64,000 bases of DNA from assembly GCA_964016885.1 (NCBI GenBank), contig OZ024743.1:49662001-49726000 (forward strand), in the 5' to 3' direction. How positions within the stretch are numbered: the stretch's first letter is position 1; every line of letters begins with the position of its first letter. Source of the stretch: Eledone cirrhosa (Eukaryota). Below are positions 1 to 11,077 of the stretch, piece by piece. Position numbers and translations under genes: made by a program. The notes below the pieces were generated by a model. That model saw nothing but the letters and a program-made list of their open reading frames with translations, did not search any database and had not been told where the DNA came from.

Positions 1-928
1 CAGCAGTGGGGGAGGGTGCTCTGAAAGTACAGTAGCTAGAGTCAGAACTGGATGGAAAAAGTTCAGAGAGCTTATACCACTATTAGCCGCTAAAGGGTTC
101 TCCCTAAAAATGAAAGGCAGGTTGTACGATGCCTGCATACGAACAGCAATGTTGCATGGCAGTGAGACCTGGGCATTGTGTGCAGAGGATATACGCAGAC
201 TAGAGAGGAACGAAGCTTGCATGCTCTGCTGGATGTGTAATAGTAATGTACGTGAACGGCAAAGCATAAACGAACTAAGGAAAAAATTAGAAATAAGAGG
301 GATCAGATGTTGTTTACTCGAGAGAAGGCTACGTTGGTATGGACACGTGATGCACATGAAAGACGATAGCTGTATAGCAAAGTGCAGGGCAATAAAGATC
401 GACGGTAGCCACGGAATAGGCAGACCCAGAAAAACCTGGGACGAGCTGATAAACTCCGACCTCACACACACCTCTCCAAGACAATGTCACTGGACCGAGA
501 CCTTTGGCGGTACTCAGTAATAGAGAAGACCCGCCTTACCTAAATACATAGTAAAACCTACTACAGTCAGTAGGCATCTCTAACAAAATACACCCCCGTC
601 CCACCACCCCCACCCCATCCACACCGCCCGCCCCCTTCTATGTAAAGTTATGTTGGTGCCACACCATCCAGGCCGAAACAAATGAGATCGTGTAGGTGTC
701 ACGACAAAAAAACACACAGTCCACGCTGTAATGTGGCCGTGTAGGCAACACGGTAAAAACCTCCCAGACCCACACTGTAAATGTGGTTGGTGTTAGGAAG
801 GGCATCCAACTGTAGAAAACCCGCCAGACAGTCCTATGCGAGCAAGACAATCACTCTTGCCTCAAGTGGGAAAACCCCCGTCCAAACCCATGCAAGCGTG
901 GAACACGGACGTTAAACGTTGATGATGA
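1..928 (+). mobile_element. RTE-clade LINE, 3' part (cut by window edge)
   Basis: ORF 110-520 is nearly identical to the C-terminus of ORF 11431-14361; shared 3' UTR ending ggacgttaaacg(ttg/atg)n. Confidence 0.9.
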
Positions 929-1499
929 TATATATATTGATATCATATCATAGAAAGTACAACATTTAAAACAAGAAACAATACAACTTATAATGGTTCA
1001 AAACAATGTTTTTATTGTTTTATGCATTTTAAAGTTTAAAGCCAAACATTAACTCCCCTCTCTCTCTTTCTCTCTATGTGTGTAAATAGGTTGGTGTTAG
1101 TAAGCCATAAAAGACTTGTCAAACAAAAGCTTAGACTACTCTTCAGTTGTATCAAATACATGACAACCTCTCTCATGCCAGTGCCATGTTAAAATACACA
1201 ACACTCTCTGTAGAGTACAGGAATACATGTAAGCGTGATGCAGCCCTAACTCATCTGAGAGATCAGTTGCTCTGATAAGGGACTGACTTGTTCTGCATTG
1301 ACCTATCAGGAAGACAGCAAATTAAGTCATTTTATTCTTCTGAAACTGGATTCTGCAAAAAGAAACAAAAATATGTGAAAAAACAAAACAAACTAGTAAA
1401 AAATGTAACTGAGGGCAGCATCCAACAATAATTCAGCAGTGAGTAACAGCTGCTTCTCTGAAGATACCACGTACTCTCCACATCACTGCCCTACATCTA

Positions 1500-2255
1500 A
1501 TAAGAAAAAAACCTAGACATAAAGATGGTTCGCACTACCTTTCTCACTTAATGTGAAAACAAATGTAGGCAAAAAGTTCCTAGCCCTCGTCGATCCCCAT
1601 TTCCCTATTGGCTATAAATACCGAAAGATATTTGATTGCCATACAGTAAAAATAGGATACTCTTGCACCATCAATGTTAAATCCTACATTACCAGCAAAC
1701 ACAAAAGCTGTACGGAAGTGTGTGACAGCTCACACCTATGAAGGTTTAGCTGGCCTCCTCCAAGGTATATCTGATTGGAGGTGTCTTGGGTGATTTAATG
1801 ATAGGGACCCCAGTCCTATCATCTCACATCTACAGCTGAGTAAACTAGAGCAATGTGAAATAAAGTATCTTGCTCAAGGAAACAACACATCACCCGGTCC
1901 GAGAATTGAACTCACAACATTTCGATTGCAATCTCTAACCACTAAGCCATGTGCCTACGGCTGCTCATGTAGAAGACCTGAAACATCTCCACTAGACCAA
2001 CAGTGCAACACTCCGGCAGTGATATACCAAGCAGAAATTACCTCCACTAACTAGAACCATCAAACTGAAGCCTGGACCTATGTTGGTATGTCAGAGAGCC
2101 TGTTTAAAAACCGGTACCTGAATCACGAAACAACCTTCAGATATCTCGACTAGAACTGTTTTATTCAAAAGAAATCATCAAGAAAGCTCCGATGATTTAT
2201 TTTGAATGAAACAGTTCTAGTCCTGTAGAAGCTATTTCTATATTAAACTTGATAT
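1500..2255 (+). mobile_element. Penelope-like element 3' remnant (RT C-terminus plus GIY-YIG endonuclease), interrupted by a SINE
   Basis: NVKTNVGKKFL..VDPHFP...KIF...TVKIGYSC, then after the SINE a decayed VIYQAEIT...YVGMSESLFKNRYLNH (GIY-YIG). Ends in an inverted repeat plus HHR-like motif (2150-2233) and (TA)n. Confidence 0.8.
1722..1957 (-). mobile_element. tRNA-derived SINE, family B
   Basis: Minus strand has A-box (tggcttagtggtt) and B-box (gagttcaattc), then the ccttgagcaagatactttatttcac core; same family at 5466, 15750, 57730. Confidence 0.8.
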
Positions 2256-2439
2256 ATATACGTATATATATATAATATATAAAATCATCATAATTTTACA
2301 TCCATGCTGGCTTGGGTTAGATGGGTTGTCACACTCCAAGAAATTTTGGGATAACACATACTTCTTATATGTTCCATTTCTGGTGTGATGTCCACAACTG
2401 GAGTCCCCCTCCAATCAACTCATATATATATATATATAT

Positions 2440-3997
2440 CATCATCATCATTTTCGTTTAACGTCCATATTCCACGCTTGCATGGGTTTGGACGGGAGTT
2501 TTCCCACTTGAGGTAAGATTGGTTGACCTGCTCGTAAAGGACTGTCTGGCGGGTTTTCTACGGCTGGATGCCCTTCCTAACACCAACCACGTTTACAGTG
2601 TGGACTGGGAGGTTTTTACCGTGTTACCTACACGGCCACATTACAGCGTAGACTTTGTGTTTTTTTGTCGTGACACCTACACGTCTGGCGGGTTTTCTAC
2701 GGCTGGGTGCCCTTCCTAACACCAACCACGTTTACAGTGTGGACTGGGAGGTTTTTACCATGTTACCTACACGGCCACATTACAGCGTGGACTGTGTGTT
2801 TTTTTGTCGTAACACCTACACAACCTCATTTGTTTCGGACTGGATGTTGTGGTACCAACATAACTTTACATTTAAGTGGATGTGGTGGGGGTAGTGGGAC
2901 AGGGGTGTATTTTTGTTAGAGGTGCCTACTGACTGTAGGTTTCGCTTTGTACTTAGGCAAGGCGGGTCTTCTGTATTACTGTGTAGCGCCAAAGATCTCG
3001 GTCCAGTGACATTGTCTTGGAGAGGTGTGTGTGAGGTCGGAATTTATCAAGTCGTCCCAGGTTTTTCTGGGTCTGCCTACTCCATGGCTACCGTCTATTT
3101 TTATCGCCCTGCACTTTTTTATACAGCTGTCGTCTTTCATGCGCATCACGTGACCATACCAACGTAGTCTTCTCTCGAGTAAACAACATCTGATCCCTCT
3201 TATTCCTAATTTCTCCCTTAGTTCGTTTATGCTTTGCCGTTCACGTATATTACTATTACACATCCCTCGGAGCATGCAAGCTTCGTTCCTCTCCAGTCTG
3301 CGTATATCCTCTGCATACAATGCCCAAGTCTCACTGCCATGTAACATTGCTGTTCGTATGCAGGCATCATACAGCCTGCCTTTCATTTTTAGAGAGAACC
3401 CTTTAGCGGCCAATAGTGGTATAAGCTCTCTGAACTTTCTCCATCCCGTTCTGACTCTAGCTACTGTTCTTTCAGAGCACCCTCCACCACTGCTGATTTT
3501 GTCACCCAGGTAATGGAAGGTGTCCACTATTTCTATAGAACCATCTGTGCAATGGAATGTGTCCACTATTTCTATAGAACCATCTGTGCAATGGAATGAG
3601 CTAGTATTCTGTGGGCACTTGCTGCTACTTATTGCACCAGAGCACCGGCCACATATAAAATCTATACTCTTAGTTAGCTTACCTGTGATCCCACTACATC
3701 TTTTATGTACCCATACTTTGCATTTGGGACATAAAATGGAGTTTCTGCCTACTCCTTTCCTACACACTGAGCATAGCCATTTCCCAGATGGGACCGGTGC
3801 CCTATTTTCCTTCCTACAAACTAGAACTTTAGTCTTAGACAAGTTAACTTTAAGGCCTTTTGATTCTAGGCCATGCTTCCATGTTTGGAATTTCTTCTCT
3901 AGTTCAGCCATTGATTCAGCTATGAGCGTTAGATCATCTGCATATAGGAGTTCCCATGGGCAGCTGGTCTTGAAATCCTCTTTTATAGCCTGAAGGG

Positions 3998-4002
<5 letters not shown>
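2440..4002 (-). mobile_element. RTE LINE, 5'-truncated copy with internal tandem duplications
   Basis: ORF 2976-4067 has YADD and a PHD-like finger; 39-nt duplication (FHCTDGSIEIVDT x2) and a ~140 bp duplication in the 3' UTR. Confidence 0.9.
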
Positions 4003-4041
<39 letters not shown>

Positions 4042-4163
4042 GCTTTTGCACAATTTCCACCTACCAAATTCTACTAACAAAAGCTATAGTAGAAAACACT
4101 TACTGACGGTTCCATTGTGTGAGATCGAACCTTCGAACCATTTGGTTGCAAATAAAGTACCTG

Positions 4164-4391
4164 TTAACCCTTTACCATTTAAACAGGCCGTACCCAGCCA
4201 GAATTATCTTACCTCTTTCTTCTCAAACCGGCTGTAACTGGCCACTCATACTGATGTTAAGGTATTGTTCTGAAAATAAATAATATCAAAATCTCATAGA
4301 TTCAATTTTATGTGAGATATGATGTAAGATAAAACTTTTACCACAAAAATACAATATTATATATAAAGTAATGTAAAAGCTAATGGGTTAA
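4164..4391. mobile_element. piggyBac-type MITE
   Basis: TTAA|CCCTTTA...GGG|TTAA termini; second copy at 25666-25881. Confidence 0.75.
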
Positions 4392-5234
4392 ACTCACAGC
4401 CATGCCTGTATATGTATGTGCTGTTGTATGTAGACCTGCCTGATGTAGATAACCCAATAATCATTTAGTTGTGTTTTATGGAAAGATAAAGATAGTAAAG
4501 TTGTGATGATGTGGAGGAGGAATGAGAGAAGTTGGAGGAGATTATTAATTATGTATGCAATGATGGTATGTTGTCCTTCATAACAATGTGTTAGAAATAT
4601 GTAAACAAAAATCTCAGTCAGTCTATTTAGTTTGACCTTTTTTTTTATATTGTCTGCAATGTTGAGGTTGACATCTCCCCACCTCTCTCTCTTGTATTGT
4701 CTGCAATGCTCCAACCAACAAGACAGTTCTCACCACCTCTCTCAATTCTGTCTCCTCCATGTCTTCACAACCCACACCAACACACTAATTTATTTTGTAA
4801 TCTGTCATCAGTTTATGACTGACACCTATGAACATTCTTTTGTTCATCACCTCACCCCCCACTGTAGCCATTTAAATAATAATAATAATGGTGATGATGA
4901 TGATAGTTGTTATGATAATGTTGCATCAATTGATGAAATTCCAATTAGATGGTAGTGATTTTGATGCATTTGTTATTAAAATGTTATGAAAAGACAGAAT
5001 TCTGGCTCATGTCTCCCGGAAGATGGCAAAGAAATATTTTAAGTCTGTCATTTCATGTGAAAACATGGATGGATTAAAGCAAAAACACAAGGAGTATATA
5101 CACAAAGAAATTATCCGTGTGATTGCTTTGTGGATTATATAAAAGTTGGTCACGATACTCACCACTGCCATTAGCTATATTCCAAACACAAAAGAATGCT
5201 GAAATGGTTGCTGTCAGTCTTATTAATGTTGAAG

Positions 5235-5440
5235 GTGGTGGTTTAGTAGGATTGTTATAGCATCAGATGAATGTGTAGCAGTATTTTTCCAACTCTTTAC
5301 GTTTTGTGTTCAAATCTCACCAATGTCAACTTTGCCATTAATCCTTCCATGGTTGGTAAAATAAAGTACTGGGACTGTTATAGTTGACTTTCTCTTTCCT
5401 CCAAATTGCTAGCCTTGTACCAATGTTTGAAAACATTATT
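5235..5440 (+). mobile_element. tRNA-derived SINE, family A (diverged)
   Basis: gttcaaat B-box, tttgcc...atccttcc...aaaataaagtac core, (att)n tail. Confidence 0.65.
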
Positions 5441-5465
5441 TATTGATGTTATTATCTAAAACCTG

Positions 5466-5806
5466 TGAAGGTGCATCGTTTGGTGGTTAGAGCTTTGGGC
5501 TTGCAATTGAGAGGTTGTGAGTTCAATTCTCAGACCAAGTGATGCATTGTGTCCTTGAGTAAGGCACTTTATTTCATGTTGCTCCAGTTTACGCAGCTGT
5601 AGAAATGAGTTGTGATGTCACTGGTGTCAAGCGGTATCAGCCATTGCATTTCTCTTGGACAACATCGGTGGCGTGGAGAGGGGAGGCTGGTATGCATGGG
5701 TGACTGCTGGTCTTCAACAAACAACCTTGCCTGGACTTGTGTCTTGGAAGGAAAACTTTCTAGGTACAAATCCCATGGTCATTTGTGACCGAAGGAGGTC
5801 TTTACC
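5466..5806 (+). mobile_element. tRNA-derived SINE, family B
   Basis: A/B boxes and gtgtccttgagtaaggcacttt core; body matches 15750-16072. Confidence 0.8.
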
Positions 5807-6382
5807 TGTTATCTAAAACCTAAAACAACATTGTTTATGATATTTTAGGTGAGGAAGGGGTATTATACATATACATTCAAGGCCATCATCAGCATCATCA
5901 TCATTTAATGTCCATTTTCCTTGCTGGTCAGGGAGAGAGGAGCAGTGCCCATGAACCTTTTTGGGGCCTACATGATTGCTGGGAAGGAAGAGGGAAGGTA
6001 TTCTTAAACTTGTGACATTTTCTGAAACAGGATTTTGTAGGCACACATGTGGTCGCACTCACACACACAGCATTCTGAATATAAATCCTGCCAAGGTCAA
6101 CCTTGCCTTTCATTCCTTCAGGGTCAATAAAATAAAGTAGCAGTCCGTGGGAGTGGATTGGTAGAATTCTTAGATCTACTATAGTAGGTAGTATTATTAT
6201 AGCATATATATATATACAGTATTTACGTATCGAGAAAGAGAAAAAAAGGGGAGGATAGGTGATACATATAGTTATTTGCCAAGTAGTGTATGCCAAAGGT
6301 GCTCGATACTAGTGCCGGCAGTATTAAATATTTGAAGTGTTAATATTTAGTGGGCTAGAGAGTTAGCAGAGCGTAAGCACGT

Positions 6383-6713
6383 GGGAAAGTAAAAAAATCG
6401 GAGAATAGACCGTTAAAACATGTTTATTTAAAACAGCACCTACGTACGTTTCGCCCAGTTGGGCTTCTCAAGGGCATAAATAATCACAAGTGTTCCTTAT
6501 ATTGCTCGGAAAGAGTTTTTGGGGTTAAATCCACATCAAGGTTTATTGCTCGAACCTTGATGTGGATTTAACCCCAAAAACTCTTTCCGAGCAATATAAG
6601 GAACACTTGTGATTATTTATGCCCTTGAGAAGCCCAACTGGGCGAAACGTACGTAGGTGCTGTTTTAAATAAACATGTTTTAACGGTCTATTCTCCGATT
6701 TTTTTACTTTCCC
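6383..6713. repeat. Near-perfect ~160 bp inverted repeat (Penelope pLTR/retrozyme-like) carrying a hammerhead motif in each arm
   Basis: Arms 6383-6543 and 6553-6713 are reverse complements with a 9-nt spacer; followed by (TA)n. Confidence 0.9.
6620..6660 (+). ncRNA. Minimal type I hammerhead ribozyme candidate, U3-A8 core
   Basis: gccc-TTGAGAA-gccc(aact)gggc-GAAA-cgtacg-TA-ggtgc; palindromic helix III; helix I has a bulge; mirror copy on minus at ~6436-6476. Confidence 0.65.
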
Positions 6714-7344
6714 GCGTATATATATATATATATATAATAAAAATGGCGTAGACATTACCATACAATACAATAGGAAGGAACATAATAATAGTACACTGAT
6801 GATGTTGCAGATGTGCAACGAAAGAACTTTGATAGACTATATATATATATTTATATCTGTATTTTTTAACCGTTGGTCAATCAATGATAAACATTGATTG
6901 CCAAATAAATTAACTATGAAGATATAAAAGATACAGAAGTGAAAACCAACCAAACAGTGAGTGTGTTCTGTTATTATTTCTGGCAATATTATTACAACAA
7001 TATGACCCTCCCCAAGTATAACAATATCTATATATATATACATATGCTAAACGTGTTGACTAATCGGAGTTGCGTATGCACACACGGATCAGTGAACAAT
7101 GATGCAATTCGAGTTAAAGCACTCAACACCTTGTGTTTTCTTCCAAATATAATTTGTCAGTCCATGACGGGGTATATGTAGAACAAGGATAAATGCGTAG
7201 TTCAGTGTAGATGTTTAAAAATCTTTTATTAATAAAGCTGTGATACATATTTCAATGGCGATCACATCTGCACTGAACTTCACATCCTTATTCTCTCTCT
7301 CTTTATAAATATATATAATCTCTCTCTTTCTCTTTATGTGTATA

Positions 7345-7938
7345 TATCATCATCATCATCATCGTTTAACGTCCATGTTCCACGCTTGCATGGGTTTGGA
7401 CGGGAGTTTTCCCACTTGAGGCAAGAGTGGTTGTCATTGCTCGCATAGGACTGTCTGGCGGGTTTTCTACAGCTGGATGCCCTTCCTAACACCAACCACA
7501 TTTACAGTGTGGGACTGGGAGGTTTTTACCGTGTTGCCTACACGGCCACATTACAGCGTGGACTGTGTGTTTTTTTGTCGTGACACCTACACGATCTCAT
7601 TTGTTTCGGCCTGGATGGTGTGGCACCAACATAATTTTACATTGAAAGGGGCGGTGTGGATGGGGTTGGGGAGGTGGGACGGGGGTGTATTTTGTTAGAG
7701 ATGCCTACTGACTGTAGTAGGTTTTACTTTGTATTTAGGTAAGGCGGGTCTTCTCTATTACTGAGTACCGCCAAAGGTCTCGGTCCAGTGACATTGTCTT
7801 GGAGAGGTGTAAGTGTGTGAGGTCGGAATTTATCAGCTCGTCCCAGGTTTTTCTGGGTCTGCCTACTCCGTGGCTACCGTCTATCTTTATTGCCCTGCAC
7901 TTTGTTATACAGCTGTCGTCTTTCATGCGCATCACGTG
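7345..7938 (-). mobile_element. RTE LINE 3' fragment
   Basis: Matches 11080-11665; (cat)n tail. Confidence 0.9.
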
Positions 7939-8158
7939 ATATATATATACATATATATACATATATATATATATATATCATATCTCTCTCTCTCTATCTC
8001 TGAGAGAGAGAGATAGATAGATATGAGTGTGTGTATATATGTAAGTGTGTGTATATAAACACACTCGTGTGTGTATATATATACACACACATACATATAT
8101 GTGTGCGATGATTAATAGATTACTTTGCTCTAATCTCTCAATATTTTCTCTGTTCCAG

Positions 8159-8218
8159 GCTAAAAACGATGTCAAGCTTTGGGGTATTGATAGGGACAGT
8201 TACCGTCGTATACTTATG
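8159..8218 (+). CDS. PRKAR1: PKA type I regulatory subunit exon (AKNDVKLWGIDRDSYRRILM), end of cNMP-binding domain A
   Basis: ttccAG acceptor at 8157-8158 and GTgagt donor at 8219; 60 nt, phase 0-0; peptide matches the PKA-RI motif VKLWGIDRDSYRRILM. Upstream exons were not found in the window. Confidence 0.95.
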
Positions 8219-8283
8219 GTGAGTATATTGTTAACTTGGGGCTCTTCACACATATATTTGACAATGTACACACACATTTATAT

Positions 8284-8363
<80 letters not shown>

Positions 8364-8489
8364 AGAGAGACATCCAACAACACACACATGTCCAACAACA
8401 TATCAACCACACACACACACATGTCCAACAACATATCCACACATTTTAATGGCATTGAAAGTAAGAAACAATTGAAGGTTGATAGATTA

Positions 8490-8673
8490 CACTGGACATT
8501 GGTGGACATTACTGGACGTAACTAAAGACTGGTGGACATTACTGGACCTAACTAAACACTGGTGGACATTACTGGACATTGGTGGACCTAACTAAAGACT
8601 GGTGGACATTACTGGACATTACTGGACATTACTAGACATTGGTGGACATTGGTGGACATTACTGGACCTAACT
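8490..8673. repeat. 10-bp-based minisatellite (ggtggacatt/actggacatt) just upstream of a splice acceptor
   Basis: Direct tandem units seen. Confidence 0.85.
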
Positions 8674-8698
8674 AATCATTAATTTGTTTGTTTTACAG

Positions 8699-8759
8699 GG
8701 CAGCACTATAAGGAAAAGAAAAATGTATGATGAGTTTCTTTGCAAAGTGTCCATACTGG
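8699..8759 (+). CDS. PRKAR1: PKA-RI exon (GSTIRKRKMYDEFLCKVSIL)
   Basis: tttacAG acceptor and GTgagt donor; 61 nt; matches the RI B/C helix GSTLRKRKMYEEFL.KVSIL. Confidence 0.95.
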
Positions 8760-8944
8760 GTGAGTATTATGATGTATTGTAGGTATCATAGTATTGTTGT
8801 AATATATAGTAGATATTGGTGTTGTATTATATATACTTATAGTAGAGAGTATTATATTTATATTAGATAGTATTATTATAGTATATTTACATATAATTGT
8901 TGTATTAGATATTATACTTATAGTATATAGTATTTTTATTTTTC

Positions 8945-9170
8945 TTCGCCCACTTATTCCTGAGAGGGTCGTGGGGGCAGAGTCCTCAAACACTACTTCA
9001 AACAGGTCCTGTCAGAAGCACCTGTCTCTGACTGATCCAGCTGGTTCCCCAAGCTGACCAGCCAAGCTCATGGATGATATCCAACCATCTTGTTTGGGGT
9101 CTACCCCTGGGTCTCCTGCCTGTTGGTTTTACCAGTAAAATTCTTTCCTGAGACATTCTAACCACATGTC
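8945..9170 (-). mobile_element. Old RTE (Expander/Rex3-like) 3' fragment
   Basis: Homologous to the reverse complement of 29010-29250. Confidence 0.65.
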
Positions 9171-9289
9171 CATAGTATTGTTGTATTATATATTCTACTT
9201 ATAGAAGGTGTTGTATTAATGCTGTAATATAAAAAGGGCTGAGAGAAAACTTAGTAAAAACCAAAGTGTTTATAAAAAAGAAGGCAGGA

Positions 9290-10020
9290 GCTTAATTAGG
9301 GAAGTGGTCTTAATATGTAGAAAAGGAGTAAGCAGAATCTTTGTATACATGAGATGTGTTGTGGGATAGCAAGCAGATTAAAAGGAAAGGTAGACTCTGT
9401 ATGTAGTAGATGTACATGGATAGTTGGTAGTAAGAGCATAAGTGAAATAAACCTTTTCCAATCCTGGGAAATATCCATAGAAGTGGTTGATAGTTTCTGC
9501 TACCTAGGGGATCTAATTAGCAGTTGGGAAAGGTTCTCCAGGATCATTAATAACTAGAATAAGAACAGGATAAAAAAAGGTCAGGGAGCTACTACCTTTG
9601 TTAACAACAAAAGGCTTCTCCACATGAATGAAAAGCCAGTTGTATGATGCCTGCGTGTGATGTGTGATGCTGCATGGCAGTGAGACATGAGCAGTGACTG
9701 ATGAGAAATGAATCCAGCATCCTTTGATGGATATGCAATGTTAATGTGCAAAAAATACAAAGCATGGTTGAACTGAGCAGTAAACTGGGTATAAGAGGAA
9801 TAAGATGTAGTGTGCAGGTATGGCCAGGTGATATACATGTGAAGATGTGTCAAAAGATTCCAGTGGCAAAAAACCACAATAGAGGAAGACAAAAGAAGAC
9901 CTGGGTGAAGAACTGATTTCAAATCACTGAAGCTCACAGAGGAAATGACAAAGGAATGTGAGAAATGCTGAAAAACACCCGTCCAACACATGCAAGCATA
10001 GAAATGGTGATAATAATGAT
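9290..10020 (+). mobile_element. Old degenerate RTE LINE 3' part
   Basis: Decayed IEVVDSFCYLGD and MLHGSET-like segments; tail cccgtccaacacatgcaagc. Confidence 0.75.
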
Positions 10021-10157
10021 GTCAGTGTGTGAGTATTAGGAAGTTAGTGTTGTCTTATATAGTAGATAATATATAGTGTGAGAGTAATATGATGTTACTG
10101 TGCTAATATACAATGATGTCCATCATTTTAATCTCTGATGTTATCTTCTGTCCTCAG

Positions 10158-10279
10158 ATAATTTGGATAAATGGGAGAGATTAAGTATTGCTGATGCTTT
10201 AGAACCAGTCCAGTTTGATGATGGTCAGCAGATTGTCCAACAAGGAGAACCTGGAGAGGATTTCTTCATTATCACAGAA
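10158..10279 (+). CDS. PRKAR1: PKA-RI exon ([41 protein letters not shown]), start of cNMP domain B
   Basis: cctcAG acceptor and GTttgt donor; 122 nt; frame continuous with the flanking exons. Confidence 0.95.
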
Positions 10280-10507
10280 GTTTGTACCATCTTTGCACAT
10301 TACATTCATTAACAAACATACATACAATCTGATGGATATATATATATATATATATTATAGCTAATTAACTGTTTCTGATTAACTGATTGTTTATATATGC
10401 ATGTACCATTATCACCTGTATAGAAATGTATGTAGAAATTAAAGAATGGAATTAAGTTGTTAACCTAGGTTTTTCTTCATTTTAAATATATAAATATATA
10501 TACATAT

Positions 10508-10759
10508 ATCATCATCTTCATCGTTTAACGTCCATCTTCCATGCTAGCATGGGTTAGACGGGAATTGTCCCACTTGAGGCAAGATTGGTCGGGTGACCGT
10601 GTCTCGCTCATATAGGACTATTTGGCAGGTTTTCTACGGCTGGATGCCCTTCCTGACACCAACTACATTTACAGTGTGGACTGGGAACTTTTTACCGTGT
10701 TATCTACATGGCCACAGTACAGCGTGGACTGTGTTTTTTTGTCGTGACACCTGCACAAC

Positions 10760-10762
<3 letters not shown>
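10508..10762 (-). mobile_element. RTE 3' UTR fragment
   Basis: Matches 11080-11320. Confidence 0.85.
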
Positions 10763-10800
<38 letters not shown>

Positions 10801-10817
10801 TTATATATATATATTTA

Positions 10818-11062
10818 TTAAAATAACAGATTAAAGTTTAAGCAAAGAATCGCTGCTTTCACCCTTAACAGGATCTTCTGAAACTAAAAAAAATCAATCT
10901 CTTGATTTTTTTAGTTTCAGAAGATCCCGTTAAGGGTGAAAGCAGCGATTCTTTGCTTAAACTTTAATCTGTTATTTTAATGAATATTTGCTCTAGGATT
11001 CTTATATAGTTGATATATATTTATCCTTATCGAGCCCTCTTTGGATTTTTAGTCTTCAAATT
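10818..11062. mobile_element. Palindromic TA-flanked PLE/retrozyme-like element with a hammerhead-like motif (10913-10963)
   Basis: Inverted arms 10818-10897 and 10902-10980; longer family member at 30497-31042 (-). Confidence 0.7.
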
Positions 11063-11077
11063 TATTATTATTACTAT

